64,000 nt of DNA from Edaphobacter sp. (GTDB lineage: Bacteria > Acidobacteriota > Terriglobia > Terriglobales > Acidobacteriaceae), in contig DATHQG010000280.1 in the NCBI GenBank assembly GCA_035483075.1, positions 317-64,316 of the forward strand, written 5' to 3'. The position numbers were made by a program, and so were the translations under genes. The notes under the pieces are model-generated. The model saw nothing but the letters and a program-made list of their open reading frames with translations. It was not told where the DNA came from and made no database searches. Shown piece by piece: positions 46,277 to 55,514 of this stretch (position 1 is its first letter; each line of letters opens with the position of its first letter).

Positions 46277-48400
46277 GTGACTATCATGCAGAACCTTCGC
46301 GCCGTCCGTTCACTCGAACGTGCGGTACTTTGCCTGGCTGTGTTGTATCTATTCGTGCACACTTTGCCCCGCGCGTGGAAGACACTAAATACCGATTTCC
46401 CAAACTACTACGTGTCGGCCCGGTTGGCGCACGAGGGCTATGACACATCCAGGATGTATGAGTGGCCCTGGATTGAGCGTGAGAAAGACCACCGCACTAT
46501 CGATATTCGCGTCATCGGGTTGTTGCCAATCACTCCATTTTCGACACTGGTCATGTGGCCGCTCACCAAGCTTGCTCCACTCACTGCCAAACACATTTGG
46601 ATACTACTGAATCTCGTCTTTCTGGTTCCGATTGGTTGGATGCTGCGATCGATGACCGGTCTGAGCTATCAGCGAGTCGCGCTGGTTTTAGCGCTCTGCT
46701 TTCCGTTGCACCGCAACCTCTCGTACGGCCAGTTTTATGTGTTTCTTCTGTTGCTGATCGTTGCGGCGTGCTGGGCTTATCTGCGCGGGTTTAGCGGCTT
46801 GGCCGGCGTACTGGTAGCGGTTGCTGCGGCCTGCAAGATCTTCCCGGTACTGTTTTTTTTCTTCTTCCTTCGACGCAGAGACTGGCGAGCGCTGAGTTGG
46901 GGTGTCTTTGCAGGTTTGGCCGCCGCTGCTGTATCTGTTGCGGTCTTTGGTTGGAACGTACACCGTACCTATCTGCACGAGATTCTGCCCTGGACTCTCC
47001 ACGGCGAAGGTATGCCGCCGTATGTGACGAGCGCCTCGATTTCCGGTGTGCTGCATCGTCTGTTTCTCTCTGAACCACAGTGGAACCCTCATCCGTGGCA
47101 CTCCTCTCCGCTGTGCTATGCCCTGCTGTTTCCTGCGTTGCAAATGCTGGTGCTGGCACCCGCAATCTTGCTTATCCGCAGGGAAGATAACACTGGGAGC
47201 CGGGTGCTGTTGGAGTGGTCGGCGCTGTTGACCGCTACGTTGGCGGTCTCCACCGTTCCAGCGTCGTATAATTTCGTACTGATGGCGCTGCCTGTGTGTG
47301 TGCTGGCGACGCTATCGCTCCAGCGAAAGCGGTATAGGTGGCTGGTAGCTCTGCTGATTGTTTATCTCGGTATTTGTTTTCCGATGCCGAGCCCGGACAA
47401 GATGATGGGACCTGCGATTCTGCTGCAGGTGTTGCGACTTCCGTTGATGCTTGCTCTGCTTCTTGGAATTTATGCGCTACTGTGGCGTGACCCGTCTGAC
47501 AGGGGCGCTTCGCGGGACTGGACTCGTTTCGTGTGGGTCGCCGGTATGGCCATATCCGTGGTCTTCGCCACGCTTTCTACTTTTCGTCGGGAACGTGCCG
47601 TGCGGGAGGAATATGCATACCGGTTGCCGCTACAGGCGCAGGGGTTTCTTAACGCAAACCCACGGCCCACAGGTACAGGAGTTCGCTATGTTGCATTTAC
47701 GTTTAGCGGATACCATCTGGTGACAGAAGGCCAGAATAATGTTCGGACGGACACCTCAGTCAGTTCTCCTGACGACCTCTCATTCACCAGCAGTCTTGGG
47801 AACGTCCGGCCCGAGAACATTTTGATAGAGCGGGCCTTGGGCCCACGCTCGCAAGTTGTAGATTTGCAGATGCCGTCGCATGTTGTTGTTGATGACGCAC
47901 GCGAGCCGATGCTCTCCGCCGATAGTCATAGTCTTGCTTTTGTAAGCGACGATCATGGCCGAGGGCGACTGAGGGTGCGGAGGGCCTTTAAGTCGGATGC
48001 CGCGAGCGAGTCCGCGCTTACGCCACCTTCGCTGAATGTCTACGAGGCGTCGTTTGTATCGGATAGGGAATACGCATTTTCAGCTGTCGAGCACGGGCAC
48101 GCGCCGCAGATCTATCTGAGCGACGTGGCGCACGCCAATGCTCCGCTCGCGCTTGGGGAATCGCGATATCCGGCAATTTCGCCCGATGGGCGATGGATGG
48201 CCTATAGCCGCCTTGATCATGGAGGATGGAATCTGTGGCTCCGCGACCAGGGGACTGGCTCGACGCGGCGCGTTTCCGATGTCCCATGCAATCAGATCGA
48301 GCCTGCCTGGGAGGATGACTCAAAGACGTTGCTCTACAGCACCGACTGCGGTCGTAGCTTGTGGTTTACCGCCGTGGCTCGCAGAAGGGTGATTCCCTGA
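46277..48400 (+). CDS. GT87/DUF2029-like membrane glycosyltransferase fused to a C-terminal TolB/PD40-like domain
   Basis: TDFPNYY, GQ, KIFP and many TM helices; C-terminal YPAISPDGRWMAYS and EPAWEDDSKTLLY repeats. Confidence 0.8.
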   Translation: MTIMQNLRAVRSLERAVLCLAVLYLFVHTLPRAWKTLNTDFPNYYVSARLAHEGYDTSRMYEWPWIEREKDHRTIDIRVIGLLPITPFSTLVMWPLTKLAPLTAKHIWILLNLVFLVPIGWMLRSMTGLSYQRVALVLALCFPLHRNLSYGQFYVFLLLLIVAACWAYLRGFSGLAGVLVAVAAACKIFPVLFFFFFLRRRDWRALSWGVFAGLAAAAVSVAVFGWNVHRTYLHEILPWTLHGEGMPPYVTSASISGVLHRLFLSEPQWNPHPWHSSPLCYALLFPALQMLVLAPAILLIRREDNTGSRVLLEWSALLTATLAVSTVPASYNFVLMALPVCVLATLSLQRKRYRWLVALLIVYLGICFPMPSPDKMMGPAILLQVLRLPLMLALLLGIYALLWRDPSDRGASRDWTRFVWVAGMAISVVFATLSTFRRERAVREEYAYRLPLQAQGFLNANPRPTGTGVRYVAFTFSGYHLVTEGQNNVRTDTSVSSPDDLSFTSSLGNVRPENILIERALGPRSQVVDLQMPSHVVVDDAREPMLSADSHSLAFVSDDHGRGRLRVRRAFKSDAASESALTPPSLNVYEASFVSDREYAFSAVEHGHAPQIYLSDVAHANAPLALGESRYPAISPDGRWMAYSRLDHGGWNLWLRDQGTGSTRRVSDVPCNQIEPAWEDDSKTLLYSTDCGRSLWFTAVARRRVIP

Positions 48401-48411
48401 AGGCGACCAGC

Positions 48412-49428
48412 TCATATGCTTCGCACTAAAAGGTCAAGTTGATCGATGGCCTCATCCAGCTCACTATACTCGAGTTTGTATGTGGGAACATGAGAGAGTA
48501 CCTCCAATATCTTTTCGTGTTTCGCGCGAATGTCTCCGGCGGAATAAAGCTCATTCCGAGCGCGTTCTGTGGCTGTACCCGCCGGTAGCTGCACCATCCT
48601 TCCCGTTGCTGATGGACCACGATGGAGATAGACGATAGCGTGTACCCAGGCTTCGCTCGTAGTGACCAGGCGGGGGAGCTCAGATACCGGAACTTCGATG
48701 GAAGGTTTTCCTTCCATGCGTGGTGTCACCTCATGGTTTTCGAGCTCCGGAAAGAGGGCCCTTGCCGTCGGCCGGAAACGCACTCGATGCGAATGTCCAA
48801 TCACACGTGGGGTGTCGGAGTCATTGATCAAATAGCTTGTGTCATCTGAGGTATAAGTCCACCCGGCCCTTGCACACGCGTAAGCAAGTGTTGACTTGCC
48901 AGCACCCGAGTCACCGCAGAGCAGAATGCCTTTTCCATTCATGCTGACACAGGCGGCGTGTAGATCGGTTACTACCGACGCGCCAAGCAACAGATACACA
49001 ACCTTCTCGAGGAAGTTGTAGCGAAAGTAGGGCCTGTTTCTCAGAGCAGATCTATTTAACCAGACAAAGCTGGTACATGTTTTGAGATCCAGCATCGCGT
49101 GGTTATCTCTGTCCGCCGACAGGGAGTATAGATGATTGTATTCACGACGGGTCGGTTCCGGTGGACACTCCGAGCCCCCTCCCTCGCTGATGCCAATCCG
49201 TACCTGGAGAGCCGTGCTTCCTCGACGTAAGCGCCTATGACCAAAACTCTCGTTTGCAGCCACCAGAACATCTGGATCGTTCGTAATTATTTCAACAGCA
49301 AAGCCGAGTGGATAGAAGGTCCCACGAAAGGGCAATTCCATATCGCAAAGAAGCGCGTCCTGAGGTCTGCCCGGTTTGTGATCTTCAGCTGTTTGCCGAA
49401 CTGTTTGCGTGATGAGCTTGCTAGCCAT
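48412..49428 (-). CDS. HPr kinase-like P-loop protein
   Basis: LHAACV, GILLCGDSGAGKSTL and TSDD motifs. Confidence 0.83.
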   Translation of the reverse strand: MASKLITQTVRQTAEDHKPGRPQDALLCDMELPFRGTFYPLGFAVEIITNDPDVLVAANESFGHRRLRRGSTALQVRIGISEGGGSECPPEPTRREYNHLYSLSADRDNHAMLDLKTCTSFVWLNRSALRNRPYFRYNFLEKVVYLLLGASVVTDLHAACVSMNGKGILLCGDSGAGKSTLAYACARAGWTYTSDDTSYLINDSDTPRVIGHSHRVRFRPTARALFPELENHEVTPRMEGKPSIEVPVSELPRLVTTSEAWVHAIVYLHRGPSATGRMVQLPAGTATERARNELYSAGDIRAKHEKILEVLSHVPTYKLEYSELDEAIDQLDLLVRSI

Positions 49429-49566
49429 AACCTTTTCTTTCCGTCTCTGTGACTATAAGCAGACGGTTGATGTCTTCTGAGCGATCGAATCACCTGTTCC
49501 CATGCTCCGGAGAAAAATAAATAAAGGAGCATCTATACGTACCCGCATGTGAGCGGAGCCATGTAG

Positions 49567-49630
49567 AGCTTAGCGAACCAACCAATGAGGGTTGTCACGT
49601 CAGAGTCAGGGAATTGTCACTGTCTCGTCG
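49567..49630 (-). promoter_or_regulatory. 11-bp-phased TGACA array with -10 box (promoter 4)
   Basis: Plus strand TGTCA 49593, AGTCA 49604, TGTCA 49615, CGTCG 49626; minus-strand TAAGCT at 49572-49567 (+25). Confidence 0.76.
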
Positions 49631-49693
49631 AATCGATTCTCGCCAAGGCTGTGGAAGGTGGCTTTCAGAAGGTTCTGCCATCGACTCTTAACG

Positions 49694-49757
49694 TGACAAT
49701 TAATTGACAAAGGGCAGACGATCAGGAGACACCTTCGAGTTTCCGTATCGCTATTGT
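49694..49757 (+). promoter_or_regulatory. 11-bp-phased TGACA array with -10 box (promoter 5)
   Basis: TGACA 49694, TGACA 49705, AGACG 49716, AGACA 49727; TATTGT at 49752 (+25). Confidence 0.8.
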
Positions 49758-49804
49758 TGCTAATAGGCCGCGGCGATGTTGACGGTCCGGCGGAGGACAA
49801 ACGA

Positions 49805-50743
49805 GTGAAGTTTTTTCATGAAATTAAGGCTTGCGATATCACTCCGAGCACTCTGCAAAGCGAGATCAGTTCGAGGGGGTATGTACTGATTCGCGGGCTA
49901 TTGCCTCAAAAAGCTGTTAGTTCTGTTTTGGGTGATGTTACGAAGGTGCTCTCCGCTGCGGGCTGGCTGCTGCCAGACCACGATCCGCAGGAACGCAAGG
50001 CGGATACCGGCGCGGCCTGTGGCGATCCCGATCCGACGTTCAAGCGGGTCTATCAGGAGGTCTTCAACCTGGAGTCGTTTCACGCGCTGCCTCATCAACC
50101 CGCCTTGCGTGAGGTTATGAAGATGCTTGTCGGCGAGCAACCTTTCGTCCACCCAAAACCAATTGGCCGCCTGATCTTTCCTCGTTGCGAGCGCCTTGTG
50201 ACGCATGCACATCAAGATTACGAGTTTATGGGCGGAGATCCCGAGTTCTTTACCGTGTGGATCCCTCTACACGATTGCCCGGTCGACGTGGGCCCTTTAA
50301 CGATTCTTGAAGGCTCTCACCGTTTCGGCGTTCAGTACCATGAGAGGGAGCACTTGCATGTCCCGGAGATTCCGATAGGGGAAGCTGTGGGAGACGGTTG
50401 GGTTGGTGGCCATGTGAATGCCGGTGATGTGTTGATCTTTCATAGTCTGACGGTTCATGCTGCTTCACCGAACCTCTCAGACCAGCTTCGTATTTCGCTG
50501 GATTGCAGATTTCAGGACGCTCGGCGAGCTCTGAACCCCAGCAATCTGGTGTTTGCCGGGGAGTCAGGAAAGTCCTGGGAAAAGACTTACGCCGGTTGGC
50601 ATTCAGACGATCTGAGATTCTATTGGAAGACAATTCCTCTGACGTTAAAGCCCTCGAAGGCAGAACTCGCATATCTCGCGGAGACTGCCGAGTCTCCATC
50701 TGCACGGGCAAAGTATGCCAGGATGGTAAGCCAACTCGACTAG
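49805..50743 (+). CDS. Phytanoyl-CoA dioxygenase (PhyH) family Fe(II)/2OG oxygenase
   Basis: HQD...WIPL...GSH...GDVLIFHSLTVH...RISLD; GGAGG RBS before GTG 49805. Confidence 0.9.
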   Translation: MKFFHEIKACDITPSTLQSEISSRGYVLIRGLLPQKAVSSVLGDVTKVLSAAGWLLPDHDPQERKADTGAACGDPDPTFKRVYQEVFNLESFHALPHQPALREVMKMLVGEQPFVHPKPIGRLIFPRCERLVTHAHQDYEFMGGDPEFFTVWIPLHDCPVDVGPLTILEGSHRFGVQYHEREHLHVPEIPIGEAVGDGWVGGHVNAGDVLIFHSLTVHAASPNLSDQLRISLDCRFQDARRALNPSNLVFAGESGKSWEKTYAGWHSDDLRFYWKTIPLTLKPSKAELAYLAETAESPSARAKYARMVSQLD

Positions 50744-50875
50744 GTAGGTAATTGCATTGCGCGAGCTTGACCGATCTCCTCCCCAGCCCCTCACGCGGTT
50801 AGGCGATGTCCCTCCGCCTTTCGGCCGGCCGGACATTTAGCACCGAGCGGTCGAAAAGATGTCCTACATATCCAG

Positions 50876-50940
50876 TGACAATTTTCTGACATTGTAAAGA
50901 CCGATCTCTGACAACCTAGCGGTGATCATCTTGGTAGCTT
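50876..50940 (+). promoter_or_regulatory. 11-bp-phased TGACA array with -10 box (promoter 6)
   Basis: TGACA 50876, TGACA 50887, AGACC 50898, TGACA 50909; TAGCTT at 50935 (+26). Confidence 0.8.
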
Positions 50941-50946
50941 CGGTTC

Positions 50947-52698
50947 ATGGCGAGCAGATCCTCCAGTAGCTTAGGCGATATGAGCTGTATTAAACGGCCT
51001 CATCGCGGTGGCGAGGGCCTGCTGGCAGCTTATCGGCTTCTTGGAAGTGCGGAGCGCATCTCATTCGTTTGCCTCACCATCGGAAGAATTGTTGTTGGGT
51101 TCTGCGATCTACTCCTTGCCGCAGCCATGTATCTTGTATTTCTGCTGTTGCAGGGTGGCTCGCCCGCGCATCATCTATCGTGGATGCCGAGAACCACGCT
51201 TGCAGCGGCCTTGACCGCATCCGCACTCGTTGTCCTTCGGTCCTTCCTGGATGTGCTTTCGATGCGTGCTGTCGTGGGATATATCCAGAATCTCTATACC
51301 GAGTTCATCCTTCGACTGACAAAAGGTTATAGCGAAATGCAATGGACCCGGTTCGTCGAATGCAATCGCAGTGAACTCCTGAACCACACGATGTATACGG
51401 CGCGCGAAGCCGCGAATTCTTATCATTGCGGTATTGACTTGATAGCGGCCGTGGCAGTTGTAGCGGTCATGACGGTCGCTATCGTCTACCAGAGCGCTGA
51501 GGCGGCAGGTGGGCTTGTCCTGGCAGTCCTTCTGTTCTACGGAGTGCATCGATTTCTCATTCGCAATAAGCTTCAAGTGGCTGGAGCGGAGCGGGAACGA
51601 TCTGTGCGCTTGCTTCAAAGAAGTTTGGCGGAATTGTTTTCGTCCGGGAAAGAGATTCGCACGTATCGCAATCAATCATTTTTCTATGATCGGATTCGCG
51701 AGTACGCGCGATCTACAGCGGGAAGCAATCTTCGCGTTACTCTTTTTCCGCATATCGCGCGAATCCTTTCCGATCAGGGTGTGGTGCTGTTCTTTCTTGG
51801 AGTTATGGTCGCGGTCCAACTATGGCACGGCGATACGCGACGACTGTTATCAATCCTCGTGTTTTATTTCGTCCTCTCTCGACGCCTGCTTCCTCTGATT
51901 AGCCAAATATCATTCCTTGCAGGCCACATGGAAAGCTCTTACGAGAATGTTCGCATTGTCGATGACGAGCTGAGCGAATGTCATCTGCACCGAGCGCCCG
52001 CACCGGAGACGCGATTGCCGGATGCGGGCTTCGTCATGGAACTGGATAGTGTTAGCTTTTGGTTCGATGAGACAGTACCGATCCTGCAGAACGTGAATCT
52101 TTATCTTCGCGAAGGCGAGACGATGGTGCTTTACGGGGTTTCCGGGAGTGGCAAAAGTTCACTCCTGAATCTGATAGCGGGCGTCATCCAACCCGCAATC
52201 GGTGTTGTACGTGTCGATCGCACAAGCGTTGCGTATGTGCCGCAGGACGTCGCTCTTCTGGACGATTCAATCCGGAATAATCTGCTCTTCGGGCTGGTGG
52301 AGAGAAGCGACGAAGAACTGATGAACGCGCTGACGGTCGCCAGGTTAAATGAATTCGTCGCTGCTCAGTCGTTGGGCCTCGAGACAAGCGTAGGCGACAA
52401 CGGTATTCTACTCTCCGGCGGACAGCGGCAGCGGCTGGGTATAGCGCGAGCTGTTCTTCGAGGGGCCAAATTGCTGCTATTGGATGAAGCGACTTCAGCG
52501 TTAGATGAAGCAAACGAGTGGCACCTGCTCGAAAATCTGGGCGCAACCGGAATCGCTGTCTTGCTTGTGACGCACCGTCTTCAGGCCCAGGTGGGGGCCC
52601 AGCGAGTATGCCGACTGCAGGACGGTCGCTTGAATGAGAATTTGAGCACGCAACTCTCAACAACCGACGAGCGGACGCACACCGGCGCAGCCTGCTAA
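50947..52698 (+). CDS. ABC exporter, fused permease and ATPase
   Basis: N-terminal TM domain; [31 protein letters not shown] and VTHR motifs. Confidence 0.9.
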   Translation: MASRSSSSLGDMSCIKRPHRGGEGLLAAYRLLGSAERISFVCLTIGRIVVGFCDLLLAAAMYLVFLLLQGGSPAHHLSWMPRTTLAAALTASALVVLRSFLDVLSMRAVVGYIQNLYTEFILRLTKGYSEMQWTRFVECNRSELLNHTMYTAREAANSYHCGIDLIAAVAVVAVMTVAIVYQSAEAAGGLVLAVLLFYGVHRFLIRNKLQVAGAERERSVRLLQRSLAELFSSGKEIRTYRNQSFFYDRIREYARSTAGSNLRVTLFPHIARILSDQGVVLFFLGVMVAVQLWHGDTRRLLSILVFYFVLSRRLLPLISQISFLAGHMESSYENVRIVDDELSECHLHRAPAPETRLPDAGFVMELDSVSFWFDETVPILQNVNLYLREGETMVLYGVSGSGKSSLLNLIAGVIQPAIGVVRVDRTSVAYVPQDVALLDDSIRNNLLFGLVERSDEELMNALTVARLNEFVAAQSLGLETSVGDNGILLSGGQRQRLGIARAVLRGAKLLLLDEATSALDEANEWHLLENLGATGIAVLLVTHRLQAQVGAQRVCRLQDGRLNENLSTQLSTTDERTHTGAAC

Positions 52699-52970
52699 AA
52701 CCGATCGAACCATGAGGCACGCCCTCATATGGCTCGTGGTAGCGACCCATGTGCGTTTGAGTCATTGTCAGCGGCCCATCCCGAGCGGATGCTGGTGAGG
52801 CCGGGCGATGCGCTGTTCAGATGTGCGGAAAGACTTTGGCAGTGGGGCGACTCAAGTCGCATGGCCAATCGGAAAGATCGAAAGCATTCGCCCGAAATTG
52901 TATGATGCCTTACAAATCCGCTTCAATCGGTTATTGTCGCGATCCGGAGTAGGCAGTGGCTCCAAGATTG

Positions 52971-53003
52971 AAGGCCCGTTGACGGGACGTGTCAACAGGC
53001 CTT
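52971..53003 (-). terminator. Hairpin after the cytochrome c gene, probable terminator
   Basis: AAGGCCCGTTGAC-N7-GTCAACAGGCCTT; the single mismatch becomes a U-G pair in minus-strand RNA; weak U tail. Confidence 0.55.
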
Positions 53004-53022
53004 ATCCAAGCGAACCACTCAG

Positions 53023-53325
53023 CTACGGGTTAAAAAAGCGGAGCAACTCTTCTTCGTCGTGCTTGCTGAGTGAGGCCCGAACGCGCATGTGGCGGACGAT
53101 GGTTCCGGAGATGCGGGGCGAAAAGCCTTCCGGAGTGTTGTGACAGCGTGAGCAATTCTGTTGGAAGATGCGGGCCCCTTCGTCTTCATGCGGCTGCGTG
53201 GCGGGTGCAGCGGCATGGGTCTTGCTTTGCTGCGCGGCTTGGGGCTGGTTCTGCGAAGCGGCCTGTGCGAGCGCGGCGAACGAGGTGAGGACAACGAGGG
53301 TAAGGAGAAGATGCTTTGAGTTCAT
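53023..53325 (-). CDS. Small secreted monoheme cytochrome c
   Basis: Signal peptide; GARIFQQNCSRCH (CxxCH); candidate axial Met in RHMRVRA; GGAAAGGA RBS. Confidence 0.88.
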   Translation of the reverse strand: MNSKHLLLTLVVLTSFAALAQAASQNQPQAAQQSKTHAAAPATQPHEDEGARIFQQNCSRCHNTPEGFSPRISGTIVRHMRVRASLSKHDEEELLRFFNP

Positions 53326-53327
53326 GG

Positions 53328-54389
53328 TCACTTTCCTTTCCAGGCAGGGAACAGGAATCGATAGACAACTCCCGTTTGCCAAATGTTGAAGTTGCCTGTG
53401 GAGGAGAACTGCCGGGAGTAGCTGGTAAGAATTCGGGTGTTGTGCGGCAGGTTGTAATCGAGGCCGAAGTCGGCGAGTTGCGTGTTCACCAGCGGCAAGC
53501 CATCGCTGACGTCGGTGTCGCGACGAAATGTCTGTTGCATACGAAATACGGGTTCAAAACGGCCGATGATGCTGTCCAGCCCGCCAAAAGCCGCACTGCG
53601 GTATGCGGCCTCAACCCAGTAGCCCTGTGCGTGGTGTCCGCGAGCGAACTCCGAGCGCAGTTGGAAACCCGTGTTTTTCGGCTCCCACCAGAGGTATGCA
53701 CCGTAAAAGTTCTCATGTGTGCCCTGTAGCAATCGACCGTATGAGAGCCCAACCTCGAGGCGTTTTTCCGGCAGGTAGAGGCTGGCGCGTCCGCCGGCGG
53801 AGCGCTTTGACTCGAAGTATTGATTGTCTACTCGACTAGAAAAGTAAGCGTTGTAACTAATGGAGTACTTATTACGCGAGATGGCCGACCCGCTCAACAT
53901 CCCGCCGGTGCCGGTTCCTGTGCCCATGGTGCCGAGGCTGGCGATGAGCGGGCCGTTCTGGATGTTGCTGATCCAGATGGGCGAGAGGCGATCGTTGTAA
54001 GTATTGAATGGAGTCAGGTAGCTACCACCGACGATGGTGATGTGCGGCGAGACGGTGTAGTCACCCTGGAGATAGGTCAGACTGACGAAGTGGCTGTGAT
54101 CATAGCCGGGTTGGTCGCCACCTTTGGGAGCGAATGTCTCCTGCAGTATGGCGCGCGACTCGATGAGAAGATGCTGACCGATGGGTGCTGCGAGCAGGGG
54201 CTCGATCAGAGGGGAATAGGTCGTCTGACCTGCATTGGTATTCGTGAAGAAGCCGACACCGCCAGAGAGCAGAGGAGTATCCTGGGCGGCGCCGTATCGC
54301 ACGGCGGAGAGCATGGCCAGAGTCAAGAGGAGGAGCTTCGTTGACCTTGCCAATCTGGATCGACGGAACTTGATTAGCGGAAATGGCAT
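53328..54389 (-). CDS. Putative outer-membrane beta-barrel (porin-like) protein
   Basis: Signal peptide; Tyr/Phe/Gly-rich alternating strands; terminal strand WQTGVVYRFLF; stop 2 bp before the cytochrome start. Confidence 0.7.
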   Translation of the reverse strand: MPFPLIKFRRSRLARSTKLLLLTLAMLSAVRYGAAQDTPLLSGGVGFFTNTNAGQTTYSPLIEPLLAAPIGQHLLIESRAILQETFAPKGGDQPGYDHSHFVSLTYLQGDYTVSPHITIVGGSYLTPFNTYNDRLSPIWISNIQNGPLIASLGTMGTGTGTGGMLSGSAISRNKYSISYNAYFSSRVDNQYFESKRSAGGRASLYLPEKRLEVGLSYGRLLQGTHENFYGAYLWWEPKNTGFQLRSEFARGHHAQGYWVEAAYRSAAFGGLDSIIGRFEPVFRMQQTFRRDTDVSDGLPLVNTQLADFGLDYNLPHNTRILTSYSRQFSSTGNFNIWQTGVVYRFLFPAWKGK

Positions 54390-54396
54390 ATCAGCC

Positions 54397-54460
54397 ACTC
54401 TAGCGAGACACCTGGCCCGAGGTGTCTCTGGATAGTCCTTGCTTTGTCAATTGATTGTCA
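54397..54460 (-). promoter_or_regulatory. 11-bp-phased TGACA array with -10 box (promoter 7)
   Basis: Plus strand TGTCT 54423, AGTCC 54434, TGTCA 54445, TGTCA 54456; minus-strand TAGAGT at 54402-54397 (+25). Confidence 0.8.
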
Positions 54461-54535
54461 TTCTGGGCACGCGAAAATGGGCTAATGCGGGAGTTCGGAA
54501 ACGTACCGTGGGCAAATTGATCTGTTAGATTGCCG

Positions 54536-54599
54536 CAACAAAACAATGACAGTCGCTTTACGAAGGCGTGACAACTCGTAATAAACAGACGACTAAAGT
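54536..54599 (+). promoter_or_regulatory. 11-bp-phased TGACA array with -10 box (promoter 8)
   Basis: CAACA 54536, TGACA 54547, TTACG 54558, TGACA 54569; TAAAGT at 54594 (+25). Confidence 0.72.
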
Positions 54600-54731
54600 C
54601 GAAGCAACTCGTTTCTCTCTGCGAGCGGGTACCAGAGAACGAATGCCATTGGGATGGCTGGCGTCCAGAATGAACTCGACACTGATTGCAAACCAGAGCG
54701 ACCAGCTGCGCCGTCGGACTGCATGGGAGTT

Positions 54732-55514
54732 ATGATCAGACTCGACAAAATTAAGTACGATTGGGACTCTCTCGCTGAGCGCGATGCTTTCTGGGCCATT
54801 CTCACAGATGGCAGCAAGGCAGGCGGGAAATGGGACGTCGCGGAGTTCATGACGACCGGTAATACTGAAATTGAGACCGTCATGGATCACTTGGGGAAAA
54901 TTGACTGCATTCCCGACGCCGACGGTGCAGCACTGGATTTTGGGTGCGGTGTTGGTCGGCTGACGCAGCCTCTGGCGCGATACTTTGCCTCTTGTGTTGG
55001 CGTAGATATCTCGAAGCAAATGATTCAAAGGGCCGAGTCTCTCAATCGATATGCACATTGTCGGTACATGACTATCTCCGACACGCGATTGCCATTCGCT
55101 GATGCAAGCTTCTTGTTCATCTATAGCAACATTGTCCTCCAGCACATGCCTCAAAGACTCTCTAAAGAATACTTACGGGAATTCATAAGAGTGTTGGCGG
55201 CGGGTGGAGTGCTCGTGTTCGGTGTACAGGATTCTTTTGCGGTCCGAGATGTTTCCTCTCTATTATTTCGAGTGCGCCAGGTTCTCCGCATGCGTTCCAG
55301 GATCAAAGATGCACTAGGAGTCGGCTCGCCGGATATGCAGATGCATTGCATGCCTGAACGCGTAGTCCGTCAGGCACTTGGCTCCGCCGAGGTATTGGAT
55401 ATTCAACTGACTAATACTGCGGCAAGAGACTTCAATGGAAGAATCAAGTATTTACGCGAGGCGCCGGCGTCGGGCTATATTGGCAAGCAATACTGTGTGG
55501 TGAAACTGCCGTGA
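54732..55514 (+). CDS. Class I SAM-dependent methyltransferase
   Basis: ALDFGCGVGRL, GVDIS and IVLQH motifs; GGGAG RBS before ATG 54732 (ORF open from 54654). Confidence 0.87.
   Translation: MIRLDKIKYDWDSLAERDAFWAILTDGSKAGGKWDVAEFMTTGNTEIETVMDHLGKIDCIPDADGAALDFGCGVGRLTQPLARYFASCVGVDISKQMIQRAESLNRYAHCRYMTISDTRLPFADASFLFIYSNIVLQHMPQRLSKEYLREFIRVLAAGGVLVFGVQDSFAVRDVSSLLFRVRQVLRMRSRIKDALGVGSPDMQMHCMPERVVRQALGSAEVLDIQLTNTAARDFNGRIKYLREAPASGYIGKQYCVVKLP

Noticed and set aside
39203-48400. Toxoflavin, hopanoid or carotenoid cluster
   Set aside because: No ToxD or RibD-like ToxE, no squalene-hopene cyclase and no crt core genes are present. The similarities are only at family level.
40861-49709. 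TTGACA hexamers at 40861 and 49704 (and TTGACG at 56959) as ordinary sigma70 -35 boxes
   Set aside because: No TANNNT lies 16-18 nt downstream of them. The -10 box is instead positioned relative to the last repeat of each array.
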